Shown here piece by piece: positions 62,194 to 64,000 of a DNA stretch of 64,000 bases. The DNA lies in contig CM082577.2 in the NCBI GenBank assembly GCA_040954595.2, forward strand, positions 19,876,303 to 19,940,302, written 5' to 3'. Under the pieces are notes generated by a model. That model had not been told where the DNA came from. It was given only the letters and a program-made list of their open reading frames with translations, and ran no database searches. The first letter of the stretch is position 1. Each line of letters begins with the position of its first letter. Position numbers and translations under genes: made by a program. This DNA comes from Balanoglossus misakiensis. Taxonomy: Eukaryota > Animalia > Hemichordata.

Positions 62194-63497
62194 ATGGGGT
62201 GCCATGTGTTAACTTATTATTTAGCTTTATCATACATGCAACGCCTGTATTTGGCACTTTCTATTGTTCTCGCCCCGAAGATATTTTACGGTATTACACT
62301 GAGCGCGATATTTTACGGTATTACACTCCGCGTCTCGAACAATTTTTGAGAACGCGCGGCACGACAGTTCGCTGCGCGGCACGACAGTTCGCTGCGCGTG
62401 CGAGCGACATACAGGGCATAGGACGCTAGTGGAGAGGGGTGTTGTAAAATTCGGTTATTAGAAGCTGAAATAACGTTTTCAAAGCTGGCGGTTTTGCCAT
62501 GTTGAATGTATCATTTTTACTTCTTTGAAATTCTCAATGCGAAATAATTGTTAACATGATATTTTGAAAGAGAACATAGACAAGTTTATTTAGAATGCGG
62601 ATGTGCCCATCGTAATGAAAGCTGCCAACCCCCTTAAAATTATACTACGGCCCACACGTCATACGTCACAACATGGCTACTGCCGTGATCTCAGCGCCTG
62701 GTTCAAATTTGAAATTGTTTTTCTCGGCGCATTTTCGCAAATCGTACTGTTTTATAGGTAGGCATGTATGATAAAGGGGTTATTACACTAATTTTGGTCG
62801 ATAACGCGACGCATTCGAGTGATGTCCGTATTTTGACTCGTTGCGCTTGCGAAGCGCAACTCGTCAAAATACGGACATCACTCAAATACGACGCGTTATC
62901 GACCAAAATTAGTGTAATAACCCCTAAAAATTATTTGTTCAAAAGTCGTTATTTAACACACTTATATGTATGTAATTATAGATTTGCAAACCATTTAAGT
63001 CCTGACAATTTATTTATAAATAATTTCAAGTCAAAGCTTATTTAACACAATTATATGTATATAATCATTTATATATAAATAATTATGTAAATCACTCATG
63101 ATATATATATAATACACTTATATTTTTATTATTTATAAATAATTAATTATATATAAATAATTATGTAAATCACTCATGATATATATATAATACACTTACA
63201 TTTTTATTATTTATAAATAATTAATTATATATAAATAATTATGTAAATCACTCATGATATATATATAATAGACTGACACTGACATTGTTTATAAATAATT
63301 TATTATATATAAATAAAGGAGCATAAAATACATTTTATGTATATAATTGAATCAACTTGAAATTATTTATAAATAAATTATCAGGACTTAAATGGTTTGC
63401 AAATCTATAATTACATACATATAAGTATGTTAAATAACGACTTTTGAACAAATAATATAGCTAAATAATAAGTTAACAATAACACATGGCACCCCAT
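62194..63497. mobile_element. AT-rich fold-back element with long TIRs, itself interrupted by a family A copy
   Basis: ATGGGGTGCCATGTGTTA / TAACACATGGCACCCCAT flanked by ACTTCTGT; arms continue at 62931-63030 vs 63356-63455; central ~72-bp AT-rich tandem units. Confidence 0.78.
62227..62925 (+). mobile_element. Family A copy with the most complete terminal hairpin
   Basis: Hairpin 62775-62925 with apex gcgcttgcgaagcgc. Confidence 0.8.
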
Positions 63498-64000
63498 ACT
63501 TCTGTCCAAGGAAGGTGATATTGTGTCCGGTGGTTGCACTTGTCGGAGAACAAATAACTGTTATTTGAACAATTATAGTGTATATAAAACTTTGCATCGC
63601 TATGCGGATCCTGATGAGGATCACTTTTGGCCAATCAGGCCCTTCCATTACTTTGCCCAATCACTTTTCAGCTCGCCCTCTCAAATGTAGCAATTACATG
63701 TAGTGCTTGTTATTACGTTCGCCTTGTGTTGATTTGCAACTTTTGGAAATTGACAGTTGGGTTCTAGCGGTTGAGTAGTTAACACTGCCTATTACTGCAA
63801 TAAACGTGCCTTTTGCACTATACTTGTTTTCGTGCGTGTCAGACATCATTTAAAGCCTCAGTATTTCTCGTAAATGGCATCTATAATTTCCAAAAGTAGA
63901 TGATAATTGATACTGAATCGAACAGTCATCATCCCCAGCTCTGCTCATAAACTCATACAATTTACAATATAACGAGTGAAGAATGACTTTCTGTCCGGAC

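Larger units (their letters stand above)
61579..64000 (+). mobile_element. Second decayed ISL2EU-like element (SAP-SWIM remnant), right end not seen
   Basis: AT|AGC start; MASITADDVKKMKVP..LRKFLKSRNV (SAP-like); MPKIDIADVFVYL..GYRLYKDGNI..YKTWLLL|insert|SKEGDIVSGGCTC. Confidence 0.55.

Noticed and set aside
61950-62429. 159-aa ORF as a gene
   Set aside because: Chimera of the SWIM-gene relic, the fold-back TIR and family A sequence

Overview
Eukaryotic (animal) genomic DNA, AT-rich and very repeat-dense; repeat style suggests a marine invertebrate deuterostome such as a hemichordate (inference only). Two convergent spliced host genes were reconstructed by hand. On + is a complete 14-exon R7-family regulator of G-protein signalling (DEP-DHEX-GGL-RGS plus a long C-terminal tail; 2707-32543, 591 aa). 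On - are the last 8 coding exons of a USP31/USP43-type deubiquitinase (61364-42997; 5' exons lie beyond the window). Introns and intergenic DNA hold nested mobile DNA: an internally deleted ISL2EU-type element (THAP gene plus SAP-SWIM-YqaJ gene), a second similar relic, a Rex1/Babar-type LINE fragment, Helentron/DINE-like elements, many MITEs with readable TIRs/TSDs, and a 70-bp telomere-like satellite inside a Harbinger MITE. The most unusual pattern is four (possibly five) sequence-unrelated non-coding families sharing one design: an internal site that is the reverse complement of the element's joined ends (like a DIRS ICR / circle junction) leading into a long imperfect terminal hairpin. 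No prokaryotic features, CRISPR, tRNA or rRNA were seen. All coordinates were read by eye; no database searches were run.
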